From: Chrysomallon squamiferum
Lineage: Eukaryota > Animalia > Mollusca
Length of the DNA stretch: 64,000 nt
Reading direction: 5' to 3'
Assembly (NCBI GenBank): GCA_012295275.1
Contig: CM022672.1
Span: 15,996,001-16,060,000 of the forward strand
Part shown: piece after piece, positions 27,719 to 41,294 of the stretch
Position numbering within the stretch: the first letter of the stretch is position 1
How the letters are laid out: every line of letters starts with the position of its first letter
Position numbers and translations under genes: made by a program
Notes under the pieces: model-generated
What the model was told of the DNA's origin: nothing
Seen by the model: the letters and a program-made list of their open reading frames with translations, nothing else
The model's database searches: none

Positions 27719-28870
27719 AAATACATCAAGTCCAATATTTCATACAGAATACAGTGTTTTGTCAACATAACATGTATTTTAATACTGAAATGCATCAGGT
27801 CCAATATTTCATACAAAATACTGAGTTATGTGTACACAATGTGTATTTTAATACTGAAATACATCAAGCCCAATATTTCATACAGAATACTGAGTTTTGT
27901 GTACACAATGTGTATTTTAATACTGAAATACATCAAGCCCAATATTTCATACAGAATACTGAGTTTTGTGTACACAATGTGTATTTTAATACTGAAATAC
28001 ATCAAGCCCAATATTTCATACAGAATACTGAGTTTTGTGTACAAATGTGTATTTTAATACTGAAATACACCAAGCCCAATATTTCATACAGAATACTGAC
28101 AGACTGAAATACATGAGCCCAATATTTCATACAGAATACTGAGTTTTGTCAACATAACATGTATTTTTATACTGAAATACATCAAGTCCAATATTTCATA
28201 CAGAATACTGAGTTTTTTGTATTTTAATACAGAAAACATGCCCAATATTTCATACAGAATACTGAAATACTGAAATACACCAAGCCCAATATTTCATACA
28301 GAATACTGAGTTATACACAATGTGTATTTTATTGAAATACAATTGAAATACATCAAGCCCAATATTTCATACAGAATACTGAGTTTTGTGTACAGAACAT
28401 GTATTTTAATACTGAAATACATCAAGTCCAATATTTCATACAGAATACTGAGTTTTGTGTACAGAACATGTATTTTAATACTGAAATACATCAAGTCCAT
28501 TATTTCATACAGAATACTGAAATTTGTGTACAGAACATGTATTTTAATACTGAAATACATCAGGTCCAATATTTCATACAGAATACAGTGTTTTGTGTAC
28601 AGAACATGTATTTTAATACTGAAATACATCAAGTCCAATATTTCATACAGAATACTGAGTTTTGTGTACAGAACATGTATTTTAATACTGAAATACATCA
28701 AGTCCATTATTTCATACAGAATACTGAGTTTTGTGTACAGAACATGTATTTTAATACTGAAATACATCAAGTCCAATATTTCATACAGAATACAGTGTTT
28801 TGTGAACATAACATATATTTTAATACTGAAATACATCAAGTCCAATATTTCATACAGAATACTGACAGAA
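27719..28870. repeat. 69-bp minisatellite, about 16-17 copies, with a scrambled centre
   Basis: Unit GTATTTTAATACTGAAATACATCAAGTCCAATATTTCATACAGAATACTGAGTTTTGTGTACAGAACAT. It explains the 23-aa periodic ORFs on both strands. Confidence 0.97.
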
Positions 28871-29922
28871 TGCAACAATCACAGCTGTGACCTTTTCCTA
28901 AATAATAATTCTTTTTTCAGAGAGAGAGAGCATGAGGCACTTTTTTTCTTTTTTTTCTGGGGAGGTTTTTTTTTTTCCAAGCCTACATCCTGTCTGAGAG
29001 GAAATTTTATCTGACAGATAGCAACAACAGAAATTACTCTGTCTTATTAAGTAGCAATATTTACATGAGCCCACTTTAAATTTTACACACTGTTTTGTCT
29101 GCCTGTCAACTGAAGCAAGGAGATTGTGTTTATTTATTTATTTTAAAAATTTGTGTTCATGTGAAGTAATAGCTTGTAAAAACAAATACTTGAAACTGAG
29201 CAAGGACACACTATTTTTATATATATTTTTTTTAATTTTATTTGTTGTTATTACTGTTGTTATTATTGTTGTTAATGTTGTTGTTTTTTTTTTTTTTTTG
29301 TTGTTGTTGTTCAAGATAACAACAATGGGCTTGATGTATTCCAGTTCATACAAGTTTAATAAGATTTGAAACATTTTAACAAATTATGAAGCTTTGCAGA
29401 TATTAATTATTATTATTATTATTATTATTACTATAAAATTTTTGTTGCACTGTGAAGAATTAATGGAATGATCTAATGCCCTGGTTAATATTATGCTACA
29501 ATGTTAAGTCACATCCTACATTTATATCAACTTGCTTCACCTAATGTTATTCTATTATAAATTTAAGTTATTTTCATTATCCATATTTAATACTGTGGTG
29601 AGACCCTATTTACAAAAAACAAAAGAAGGAAAAATATGCATTGAATTTTAAGGGTTTTTTTTATGTTTAAATATTTTAAAAGTCTTTTATATGTTCCTAA
29701 TTAACTCCATAAAATTTCAATACTGTACTAAAACTGTGAACTTATTTATAACAAAATTCTATTCTTTATGAATATTTTAAAACTGACTTGAGGCTAATTA
29801 AATAAATAAATAAATAATCACTAAAAAAAGGTTTTAAACTCTTCTCTGAATAAAATATATAAAAAAAGCTATTTTATACAAAATTTCTGCAGACTAAATT
29901 AATATTTTAAAATGTTATTTTC

Positions 29923-29955
<33 letters not shown>

Positions 29956-30418
29956 CAACTCTTCCATCAGTTAACAAATATTGCATTAAACCTTAAAAAA
30001 CTTTATAATAAAACTTCATTCCATCATGAATATTTCAAAACTCTGAGGTAAGACCCCAATTCAACAAAATAAAATAAAAAGTGAATACATCATTAATAAA
30101 TGACAAACGTAGTTTCTCTTATACAGTTCTATAGACTTTGTGAATATTTCAAAACTGTGAGATGAGACCCCAGTTAAACAGTAATTTTCTTAGAATGATT
30201 TTACAAATACACAAGTACTTCTTTTGCTAGACTGTCAGTTATTTTTAAAAAAAAAAGTAAATTTGTTTAACCAGATACCATCAGTATAAAACAGAACAGT
30301 CAAATATTTATTTATTTTTAATCTCATTCAGATTTTCATACGAAGTCAGGTTTGAGTTTTGTAGATGTAAGTTCATGAGAGCTGTAAATCAAAGTCAACC
30401 TTGAAATATAGTTATTAT

Positions 30419-30421
<3 letters not shown>

Positions 30422-30514
<93 letters not shown>

Positions 30515-30580
30515 TTTTCCACCTTGCCGTCTCTCTCTCTTTTTCTCTCTCTTCTCTTCTTCTTTTCTCTTCTCTCACTC
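30422..30580. repeat. (TC)n microsatellite and polypyrimidine tract
   Basis: Directly visible. Confidence 0.95.
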
Positions 30581-31297
30581 TCATCCTTTTTATCTGTAAT
30601 TTTCTTTCCCTAGCTCTTTTCTATCTTATACTGTTAGTACATGGCTTTGTACATATTTACAAATACATAATGAATAATGCATATGTGAATACAAGTACAT
30701 ATGCTTGTGCATCTATATATATATTATGCAAATTTGAATACATGCGCATATGTGGATGTATTCTGTAATATATGTATTTGTACATCAGATGATGTTTATC
30801 AAAGGTAAGTTTACAATCCCCATTATCAATAAAAAAAATACACGCCTCTGCCCAGAAAACAAAAATAATTAAAATAATAAATTTATAAGCAAATAAGTAA
30901 GGAAGATGAACAGAGGACATATAATATTAATAGTTTCATTACTAACATTCTTGTATTAAGTGAATTTCAGTGTCAGTTAATAAAATATGCTACAAACAGA
31001 ACTAACATGCTTAAAAATAACTGCCAATTGAGTTATATGTTAACTAATTTCCAGTTTATATTGTCCATAGAGTATAACCCTTCTATTTGTTTTCATCCTT
31101 AATATTTGTGAGAGTTCAGATTTTCAACACATATTAATAATATTTATATGTTTGTGGTGAAATATGTTCTTTGCAGATGTAAGTGAAAACATATGGATGT
31201 GATTTAAAATTATGGTTTTGTCTAGTTCATCATGACATGCAGTTTTCAAACCTTTTGCATGGATAATGTGTCCAATCAGAAACAGACAGACAGACAG

Positions 31298-31328
<31 letters not shown>

Positions 31329-32414
31329 TATATATACTCACTCATATACATACATATGTACACACATACACACTAAACACACACATACATACACCGACAT
31401 ATAACACACACACATACACAGAAACAAACATACAAACATACATAGAAACAAAGATACAAACATACACACATACATACACACACACATGCACACATGCACA
31501 TGTTATATTATATACATTATGAACATACACACACACAAAGAGTGAAAAAGAGAGATAAATTTCTTACTTCACAGAAGACACAGTCTTGAATCTGATTTCT
31601 GACAAACATGCAAAAATTTAAAATTCAGTTGTGAAACAGTTTTTTAAACCTGTGAACATTTTTGCATAATTAGATTGCACCTGTACAGAAGGAAATCTTT
31701 TCATTTTCCCAGCCTTCATGGCACATAAACCAGTTTGAAATGTAATTTATATAATATATTTTAATATTTCTTTCATGATTTATTTCCTGCCCATCTTCCT
31801 CATTCATCAGAAGTGAATGAATATTTTCAATGACTTATAAGCACATTTGTATGTTAATGGTTGGTTAATCAGGCTTGTTTCACATTGTAATGGCTGAATG
31901 GGAAAATGAAATATCGTGGGTTACTCCTGCCTGTTAGAAACAAGAGATCTTTTATTCATAATGTTAGTATATGTATATGAGTTTTGCATATATGTAGTTG
32001 CATAAATGTGCTTATTATTTATGTATGTGCATGGACGGATGGATGGAAGGATGGATGCATGGAAGAATGGATGGATGACAGATAGATGCACACACATATA
32101 TGTATGCATGCATGTGTCTGTACGTATTTTTTATGTGAGTGAGTGCATGTGGATGTATGTGTGAGGATATAGGAAAAAGAAGAAAACCCACAAGAAAGGG
32201 AGACAACTCTGAACATTAAGAGTTCTCTCTGTTTGCAGGTGTGAGACAGAAGAGATGGATCAGGTGTAGAAATGATGTGCAGACAGGTGGAATGTTTACT
32301 CAGGTAATTATACAACTCTGCCTGTGATTTCTGTCACCTGTTTCACTACTTCAATTAGCAGTAACAGTATCCTCTTGTTGATACCAGGCCTGTGTATCAA
32401 TCTCACTGTCTCTC

Positions 32415-32552
<138 letters not shown>

Positions 32553-33206
32553 GTATTGTTTTGCATTATTCTTATTTTACTATTTTTATCTATATAAAGT
32601 GTATGGGTGAATTTTGTGGTATTTTGTGGTTTTTAGTTGTTTTTGGTTGTGTGAGGGGTTTCTTGTTTGGTTTTTTTTGTTTCATGTTTGGGGTTTTTCT
32701 CACCTTTTCATGAGCTTATATTATACTGTTTACCATCTATGTATGTGTAACATAATAATAATAGTATCAAATAATAATCACAATAACAAATAAAATAATA
32801 ATGACAATAATAGTAACCTTAAATTTAGTAATAATGATGATGAAGATAATAACAGAAACTTTAAATTTAGCAATGATAATGATGATGATGATGATCAATA
32901 ATAATATTAATAATAGTTAATAATAATAATTAATAATAACAACAATAACTGCAAAATAACATCAGTTTTAAGAGAGATTTGTGAAAACACAATATTATGA
33001 ATCATCATCAGAACGCAGATAAAATAAAAGTTTAATCACATTACCACGTATTCACTGCCTCGGGCCACTACATTTGTCATGTGTGGTTGTTGTTTTTCAA
33101 AATCCTCTTACTTAAAGTTATAATCTGTTTGATGTCTTCTACCTTCCAGTCAAATTAAAAGTGTGTGTTGTCGTCACAGAAAATACTTTCACATTCCTCT
33201 TATAAG

Positions 33207-33403
33207 TATGTATGTGTGTATGTATGTATGTATGTATGTATGTGTGTGTTTTTATGTATGTATGTATGTATATATGTATGTGTGTGTGTGTATGTATGTA
33301 TGTATGTATGTATGTGTGTGTATGTATGTATGTGTGTGTGTGTGTGTGTGTATCAATGTATGATTGTATATATGTATGTATGTATGTGTATGTATGTATA
33401 TGT
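33207..33403. repeat. (TATG)n/(TG)n compound microsatellite
   Basis: Directly visible. Confidence 0.95.
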
Positions 33404-34185
33404 ACAGTTTTATATTTTTTCTTTCACAAGGAGTAAACAGCTGTTATAACTATGATGATTATGATGACACAGCAATATTAACAGATCAAATAAATATTAA
33501 ATTTTGTTATGTACATGCATACATAACTCTTCCCTTCTCTCCCCCCTCCCTCCCTCACACACACATATACACACAAACACACACACACACACACACACAC
33601 ACTCACTCACTTTTAAACTCAGATTCAGACTTGCACGTTTTCTTTCCCTCTTTCTCACCCTCACCTAAACCTGTAAAGCAGTGATTTTACTTCTTGACTG
33701 TGAGGCAATAACTCAAACCCGTATCTACATTTCAAAAGTAATTTCAACAGACATAAAGTAACACCACCCTGCCTCCTTCATCTAATTCTATTTCTCTCAA
33801 GCCTTTCTACCTCTCTATTCCTCAACTTTCCTATTCTAACCTATCACCCTCTCTGCCTCTCATCTAACTGGTACCCCTCACTGTTTTTACACCTCCCTTC
33901 CCTTACCAATTCCCCTTTCCCTCTCTGTCACTCTTCCTAGATGGTTTAGGGACAATTAACATTGCAGCATGAGTCCAATCAATCACGTTAGAAGCAGCTG
34001 ACTGTCAAGGATGAGGAGAAAGAGAGGGTTTGGTCCAATTTGTTTGTGGTTTATTGACATCCACATGCAGATGTAATAGCCAAATGATGGAGAGAAAATA
34101 AAAACTGCAGTCTCTGTGATTTACAGTGTCAGTGGATTGAGTCTGAGACTGAGAATGTGTAAGAGCACTTAACAGAAGGGTCACT

Positions 34186-34203
34186 GTGTGCATTTGTGTA
34201 GGT

Positions 34204-34240
<37 letters not shown>

Positions 34241-34301
34241 ATTTGTATAGGTATTATTTTGTGTGTGTGTGTGTGTGTGTGTGCATTTGTGTAGGTATTC
34301 T

Positions 34302-34342
<41 letters not shown>

Positions 34343-34385
34343 ATTTGTGTAGGTATTCTTTTGTGTGTGTGTGTGTGTGTGTGAA
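34186..34385. repeat. Compound repeat: (GT)n blocks separated by GCATTTGTGTAGGTATT, 4 units
   Basis: The linker occurs at about 34190, 34239, 34283 and 34341. Confidence 0.9.
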
Positions 34386-34670
34386 TGTATTTTTATCTGT
34401 GTATGTATGTGTGTATGTGTGTGTGCTATGGATTTTCAGTGTGTTTGCATTTATACACATAATTCAGAGGTACTGGGTTGTTTTTTGTGCAGTCGAATAC
34501 AAATGAACATTTTTACATATACAAGCAATATCAAAATACATATATGAAATAATAAATACAGACATATATTTCATAACGTAAACATACACATATACCATAC
34601 ATGTCCTTTCCCTATATTGTCATATATCTATTTATACATTAAATACTGTTTTAAAAAAATTCTTTCACAC

Positions 34671-34711
<41 letters not shown>

Positions 34712-35153
34712 CATCCATCAAAACTAGACAAAAACAAACTGAGCAGAAGAAATCAACACCCAGAAACAAGATTCAACATTTTCACAAATATATGTATTAC
34801 TTTAAATCTATCATCTAATTTAATAGCAGAAACATTAATTTAAAGACAGAAATTCATTTGGGGTTTTTAGGATAAATATTCTGAACATGTGTTATACTGA
34901 ATTATGCAGATTTTAGACGCACAATTAAAATGGTGTTTGATATCAGAAACTAGACATGTCATCCTATGTAATATAAAGTTTATAAACTGACAGTTGTATG
35001 ACATTAATGTTTATACACATCTGTGTTTGCATATCGATGATAGTTCTTAATCTCTCTCTCTCTCTGTTTCCCTTTCTTTTCCTTTGTCTTTCTTAGCCCT
35101 CCCTTCCCCCCACAGACAGACAAACAGACAGAAATAGAAATATACAATAAACA

Positions 35154-35184
<31 letters not shown>

Positions 35185-35489
35185 CACACACACACACACA
35201 CACACAGGGCATATTCGCTTATTTCAGAATGATTTTAAAAAGGTGTCTGATTATGTATACAAGTAGATACGCATAAATAAAAGGCCATAAACATACATTA
35301 TGTTATATATATGACACATTAACATAAATATACACATTAATAAAATATGGAATTCAAACTGACAACATTAGCCTATAGCTTCTTTGTACAGATTAGGCTC
35401 GTTTTGCTTTGTAGGCATATTTCCCCCTTTGATCTACATCCCTTTTTCTGTGTGTCTGTGCTTGTGTACATATTTTATAATATAAGTAT

Positions 35490-35710
35490 CTTGTTTCATC
35501 CTGATATTATTTATCATACTGATATAAATCACATTTCATCCCAACATTATAAACATCAATTGTTTCATTCCTACATCATAAACATCAATTGTTTCATTCT
35601 GATATTATTTATCATATTGATATAAATCACATTTCATCCCTACATTATAAACATCAATTGCTTCATCCCTACATCATAAACATCAGTACATCAGTTGTTT
35701 CATCCCTGTA
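35490..35710. repeat. Nested local duplication with a repeat of about 29 bp
   Basis: ACAT(T/C)ATAAACATCAATTG.TTCATCCCT units and a duplicated CTGATATTATTTATCATA.TGATATAAATCACATTTCATCCC. Confidence 0.8.
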
Positions 35711-35976
35711 AGGTAAGTACAACATTTGTTTCATCTGTGCAGTGTAAGTAGGAACCATTCATTTCACCCCATACCAATTCTGACAATAATTAATGACATT
35801 TTATAAGGCACCGTTTTAGATTACAGCTATAATTCTATTAACTTCAGCTACAATTAGACACATATTATATAACTGCACTGCACAATCTTCCATACAGGTT
35901 TATGTAGATAATTGTCTATTTTAACTGAAACACAGTTATAAATACAGTTATAAAGATATAAAATGTGCACACTCAC

Positions 35977-36056
35977 CTTCCCCTGGGATCAGGCAGTGGG
36001 TATGTGGGGAATGCCCCAATATTGGCATACTGGTATGCATGTAAAATGCTCCACAT
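35977..36056 (-). CDS. Candidate alternative first coding exon MWSILHAYQYANIGAFPTYPLPDPRG[R]
   Basis: acaATG, 26 codons, then the consensus donor AAG|gtgagt in phase 2. The segment is GC-rich within AT-rich DNA and the peptide is complex. Confidence 0.6.
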
Positions 36057-36219
36057 TGTTTTTTTTTAGTACACACACAAGGAAAGTTTTCCTCAAGTTC
36101 TGTGTTAATTAGTTATCTGCTACACCACACATTCACTGTATTTAAAAAAATATATATGTATTTATATCTCTCATCTGAGAAAACTACTACCTCTGTATAT
36201 ACTTCATTATTTCCAGTAC

Positions 36220-36450
36220 TTGAACAACAACAGCACGCAGAAAGAGAAAAACTGTCTGTTTTTACAGCACTGCTTTCTCTCACACTCAGTTAACTCTCCA
36301 GTGGCACAAACCAATAGGACTATCCTATTAGGAGCAGTGAGATCCCAGTGTAGTAAGCCTGTGCTCTCTGCTGCAGTAGTAGTAGTAACAGCAGTGCGTA
36401 AACTGCACTAGCCCGACACTTACAGAAATAAACACATTCGTCCATATGCT
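36220..36450 (-). promoter_or_regulatory. Candidate promoter or 5'UTR region upstream of the 35977-36056 exon
   Basis: GC-richer complex sequence with a CCAAT box (AACCAATAGG at about 36309) and several CpGs, 170-400 bp upstream of the ATG. Confidence 0.3.
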
Positions 36451-37140
36451 GTGTTGAGAATCTTTTCTGTTGAGTATCTTTCTTACTGGCCTATTAAAAA
36501 CTGATCAGTTTGTTGGTTCAAAAACTTTCCTTTTTATCAGGTTAAAAATTGTTCCACCTACAATACTGTCCCCTGTTATTACGTTCAACACTTTTACTAC
36601 ACCAAGTATTTTAAAACATTCCTTTCAGCATTTTTGAATATTCCATCCACTGTTTTAAAAACCATTCCTCATTGTTATATTTATAAGTCTTTCCTCTAAA
36701 TGATGTATTCAAGATTTTTCAATCGGAATATTAAAACTACACAACTGATGTAATTAACACTTTTCCTATTACCATCTTTAAAACACATACTATTGTTGTC
36801 AAACCTTTATAACTAATGTATTAAAATCAGTTCTAATCAGTGAACTAAAATATTCCAACCGTATGTACTGCCAGTATATTAAAAACTGTCCCAAACGACT
36901 CAGTTAAAATGTTCTGGCCGGTGTATTAAAAACTCTTGCTTCTCTTCCTACTAGAAAAACTTCTTCATCCCTCCTCCTGTATGTTATTACCTTTCTCTGT
37001 TCTAACAACAGGATCGTAACTGCTAAAACCTGAACCACGACCACAAGTAGGGAGAGTGAGAGAGTGTGTCTGTGTTTGTTGTGTGGAATGATCGCACACA
37101 GCCAGACATAAATTAGACCAATACTCTTTGATGGGCTCAC

Positions 37141-37178
37141 TCGCAGTTATGATAGAACTGGGTCCAAGAACTGTCCAT
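37141..37178 (-). CDS. Weak candidate alternative first coding exon MDSSWTQFYHNC[E]
   Basis: ATGG start, 12 codons, then GA|gtgagc (phase 2), in a non-repetitive patch. Confidence 0.25.
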
Positions 37179-37784
37179 AAATCAGTGCTGCTGTAGACAA
37201 CACATCAGTGAGTAAACAGTCACAAGAGTTGTAAATTAAAATCATTGTCAGATAGAGAAATGATAAAATTAAGAATATCACAGAGCTGGAAAAAAAATAT
37301 TTCAATTTTTTAAAATTAATTTATTGAAGAAGTGTGATTAAAAAAGCTATAATAGGCTGAGATAATTGTTGGTTGAAAATTGTTACCAAAATAGAAATGT
37401 GTGTAAATTAAAATTATCGTAAAATAGAAAATTGTAAATTAAAATTATCTTAAAAGAATTTATTATAATAAAAGAAAAATTGTAAATTAAAATTTATTAC
37501 AAAACAGGAATCTGTAAAATAAATTACCATAAAATAGACAATTTTGTAAATTACAATTATTATAAAATAAAGAAATGCAAATTAAAATCACAGTATCAGA
37601 GAATTCTGATTTGATATTGTCCAGTTTCACTGACTGATATAACTTGTTTGATGCTTCTGGTCTAGTAGCTGATATATTACACTGTTCTGTAGAGTTTGTT
37701 TACCGCAGCTCTTCAAACTATCATAATGATTCTTGGTAGATGTTTAGAAATCAATACAACACGTCTTCATGTATCAACATGAAA

Positions 37785-38025
37785 CCTCTTTAGACGGCAC
37801 TGCAACACTTCATTAGACAGCACTATAACACTTCTTCAGACAACAATATGACACAAATTTAGACATCAAAGTAGGTTTTTTGGACAGCACCCCATCTATA
37901 ACTATATGTATATACAGATCTGCAAGTTCTTTAGATGGCAATATTGGACAGCAGTGTAGCAAATCTTTAGACAGCAATACTACACTTCTTTAGACAGCAA
38001 TGTAGCAAATCTTTAGACAGCAACA
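37785..38025. repeat. Degenerate 23-bp tandem repeat, array 1
   Basis: TCTTTAGACAGCAATACTACACT-like units. Confidence 0.75.
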
Positions 38026-39034
38026 TAGAGTTGTATACTGACAGCTCTAAAACTTCATTCAAGTGTGCCTGGTTTATCTGTAGAAGCTCAGTCAATTCTT
38101 TGCTTCCTCTCCTGTTTGCTTGACAGTACATCAGTCCATGACCAATCATATCAAAGAATGAACCTATTCAATTTTTTTTCAATTTCTTGCTTTGAAACTT
38201 TACGATGTGAAATCAAAAAAAAAAAAAAACAAACAAACAAAAAAAAAAGAGAAGAAATTAACAAATTTAAAAATCTTGCTCCAAATGACCAGAATTAAAA
38301 TTCACTTCTGCTGACGGAGGAAGGAAGTCACACAGACATACTGAATCCTAATCACAGATGACATGAAATATCACTGATTTAAAAACAGAACCAAGATCAT
38401 TCACTGGGATGACATACGAACATGTAACTTTATACAAGCCACAGGCAAAACCCAAGTTGTTGCTGATTTTACAACAGATTTTCTCTCTCTTCTTTTTTTT
38501 TTTTCTTTTTCTTTCCTTACAGCACTATCAGGTATAATTCACTCGGACAATCTTTACAGATGTTTTTGCGATTTGATCCAATCTGATTACAGGGCTGACT
38601 TGCCACCTTCTTTAATTGGCTTGATGGTGCTTGCACATATTGCTAGAAGCTAATGGGCTAAGCCAAGGTTAGAACTGATCAATGGTTATCAATACCAGTT
38701 TTCTCTTTCTCTTCTGTTTTTCAATCCCTCCTCATATTCCAGCTCACCACTTGAGTTCATCCCCACCTGAAGCATGTACTACTGTTTTTGTTTCTACTTC
38801 TTATTATTAAAGTATTTTAATTCTTTTAATTCTCTTAATCGTAATTCATTTTTTTAAATCTTTTTGTTGAAAGTTATTTATTTCTTCTTTTAAATCAAAA
38901 GCAGTTGTTTTTATTCTGCTTTCTATTCTAGGTATCTTTATTAATTTTTGTTCAGATGTTTCTTTTACTTTGATTCTAATCATAAAGGACAAAGAGTATC
39001 TTGAAATTATCTTTTAAAACTAATAAAATAATTG

Positions 39035-39225
39035 TTTAGACAGCAATATAACATTTCTTTAGACAGAAATACAACTGTTCTTTAGACAATAATACAACAG
39101 TTCTTTAGATAGCAGTATAACACTTCTTTATGCAGAAATATAACTGTTCTTTAAACTTCAATACACCAGTTCACAGGACATCAATGAAACAATTTTCTTA
39201 GCTGTCAGTAGAACAGTTCTTCACA
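39035..39225. repeat. Degenerate 23-bp tandem repeat, array 2 (same family as array 1)
   Basis: TCTTTAGACAG.AATACAACAGT-like units. Confidence 0.75.
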
Positions 39226-39479
39226 CAAATATAATTTCTTTTAGTTCATCTGAAAACAATTTTTAGTATATGTACAGGACTTCATCTGAAAACATTTTCT
39301 GGTCTTCAGTTTACAAGATGTTTTTTTTTTACAACACTAACTTCATACACTCACAAATTCGCAAGAAGGAGGAAATAACAAGTGAAGAGTGCTGCTGAGT
39401 TTCAGTTTTCTTGTGTCTTTGCATTCATTTCTCAGAGCTGATATTAATTTGCCAACTCCACTCAGAAGCATTTCTCCCA

Positions 39480-39810
39480 GAAAAACGTGAAAAATGTGCT
39501 GTGATATTTCACTGCGTTGTTCTCCCCCTTGTGCTCCCCCACCCCATCGCTTTGTGCTAGTTTCATCGGACATTCCAGAAGTTGGGAAAGTTTTTACAAG
39601 AGAAGAAAACCTCGCAGTCGGGAAGACCGCGACCCCCGCCACTCAACCAGCAACACATGCCAGGAGAGCGCTGCTGCATGCATTGAACACTTCGGTAATT
39701 GTCACCATACACGATTCACACAGAAGTATTTACGTTCTCAGTGTATGCGGAATTCAATCTCATGCTGAACTGATCTGAGACCCAGGGTCAAAACCATTGT
39801 GGGCACCTCT
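39480..39810. promoter_or_regulatory. CpG-retaining, GC-rich patch; candidate promoter or enhancer
   Basis: Many CpGs (CTCGCAGTCGGGAAGACCGCGACCCCCGCC) and a GC-box-like CCCCGCC, in a CpG-poor background. Confidence 0.45.
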
Positions 39811-40153
39811 TAGATTTTTTTTGGAATTTTTTTTTTTTCTTCTCCCCCCCACCCCTACAGAAAACAATACACAACTGGTGCAAATTGAAAACAAAAGCAA
39901 ATGTGTTGGTGGAAATCTGCACTGTTATGAAAGGTGAATGCTGTGAGTGAATGAAGTGAGTGAATGAGTGAATGTGTGTGTAGTTATCTGTCCATGATAA
40001 AAAGGTAACTGAAGTTTATGTATGTGTTTTCATCTGTGGACATATTTATATTTGTACATTTATGAAGAAACAAAAAACAAACTGATCTCTCAAAGACGCA
40101 CATAAAACTTTAAAATCCCTCCACTTCCCAAACATCCCTCCCACTCTCTTTAC

Positions 40154-40284
40154 CTCCTTAAGTTTAAAATAAATCTATTGCATGACCCCAACTCTTTAAC
40201 TTTCCATTCATTTCCCACACAAACTTTGCAGTGATACATGCATTTTCCAGGTTGCCAGATGAAGTGGCATATTAATAAATACAT
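40154..40284 (-). CDS. Weak candidate alternative first coding exon MYLLICHFIWQPGKCMYHCKVCVGNEWKVKELGSCNRFILNLR[R]
   Basis: aaaATG, 43 codons, then GAG|gtaaag (phase 2, weaker donor). An in-frame stop follows immediately after the donor. Confidence 0.25.
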
Positions 40285-41294
40285 TTTTTGTATTATTATT
40301 TTTTTTTTTATGTTTAAAACCGGCACCTCTACTACTAACAAAAGTAAATCAATAGCTATTTATTATATCACAGATTGATATTTAGACTCACAGTCAGCTT
40401 CAGAACTTTGAGCTTTTGTCCACGGCAATGATTCATCAATGCAACAATAAGAACTTCTTTTGTGCATAATGGTAAGGTCAATACATTGCCCCGGGCCGTT
40501 TTCTGGCCCCATTGTCCTAAATAAGCATGTCTGTGAGTGAGTATGTGAAATAAAATAATAAATAATAATAATAATAAAAAAACTTTATATAAAAAAAACT
40601 ATTATTTACTGAATGCTGCGGTTGTGAAAACAAACATAAAGTAAAAATGTATTGAGAAAGAAGATGTTTCAAGTCTGCAAATGTCAGAGAAAAAAAACCG
40701 AAAAGTTTTATGGCAGGTAAAAATGTGTTAAAAATTAATAATGTCGACAGAAAGACACGCTTGTTTATCTTTATCTGAATTAACAAACAGATTTGACGAG
40801 GATTTTATTTTCTCGGTGAAAAGAATAGAGAAAAAATAATCACTGATTGATTTTGTGCATGCATTTTTCTGTTATTTAAGTTCATGATTAATAATTCCTT
40901 TGTTGTAATCCCTGGCACAACGTAAGTAAATATGTGGTGTTAAAAAATTAAATGCTTTCAAAAATATAATTATTAAAAAGATTTAAAGCAAAATGTTTCC
41001 TCTGTAAATATGTTTTAATTTTTCAAATTTTTGTTTCCATTCGTGTTCAAGAGATTTATAACTGCATCTTAATAAAGCCATAAACATATATACACACAAA
41101 AAACATCAGTTACAAAGTATTGTAAAAAAAATGGTAGATATTGTTAACAGTAATACAGACACAGGCTGCATTAGTAGTATTAACAAAAACTGTAACAATA
41201 GTATCAGCCAATATTGTACCCTAATACCAGCAGATACTCTAAAAGTATCAGAGGAAGTTACAACAGGACATAGTGATACCTGCAGCAAATGAAA

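Noticed and set aside
27695-29014. 120-230 aa repetitive ORFs as genes, or the array as CRISPR
   Set aside because: This is a head-to-tail 69-bp minisatellite with no unique spacers, no cas genes and a eukaryotic context.
40392-40512. Minus-strand ORF MGPENGPGQCIDLTIMHKRSS...EAD ending at a gtgagt donor
   Set aside because: It ends in phase 1, which is incompatible with the other exons, and has a weak exon-side donor context. I cannot fully exclude it.
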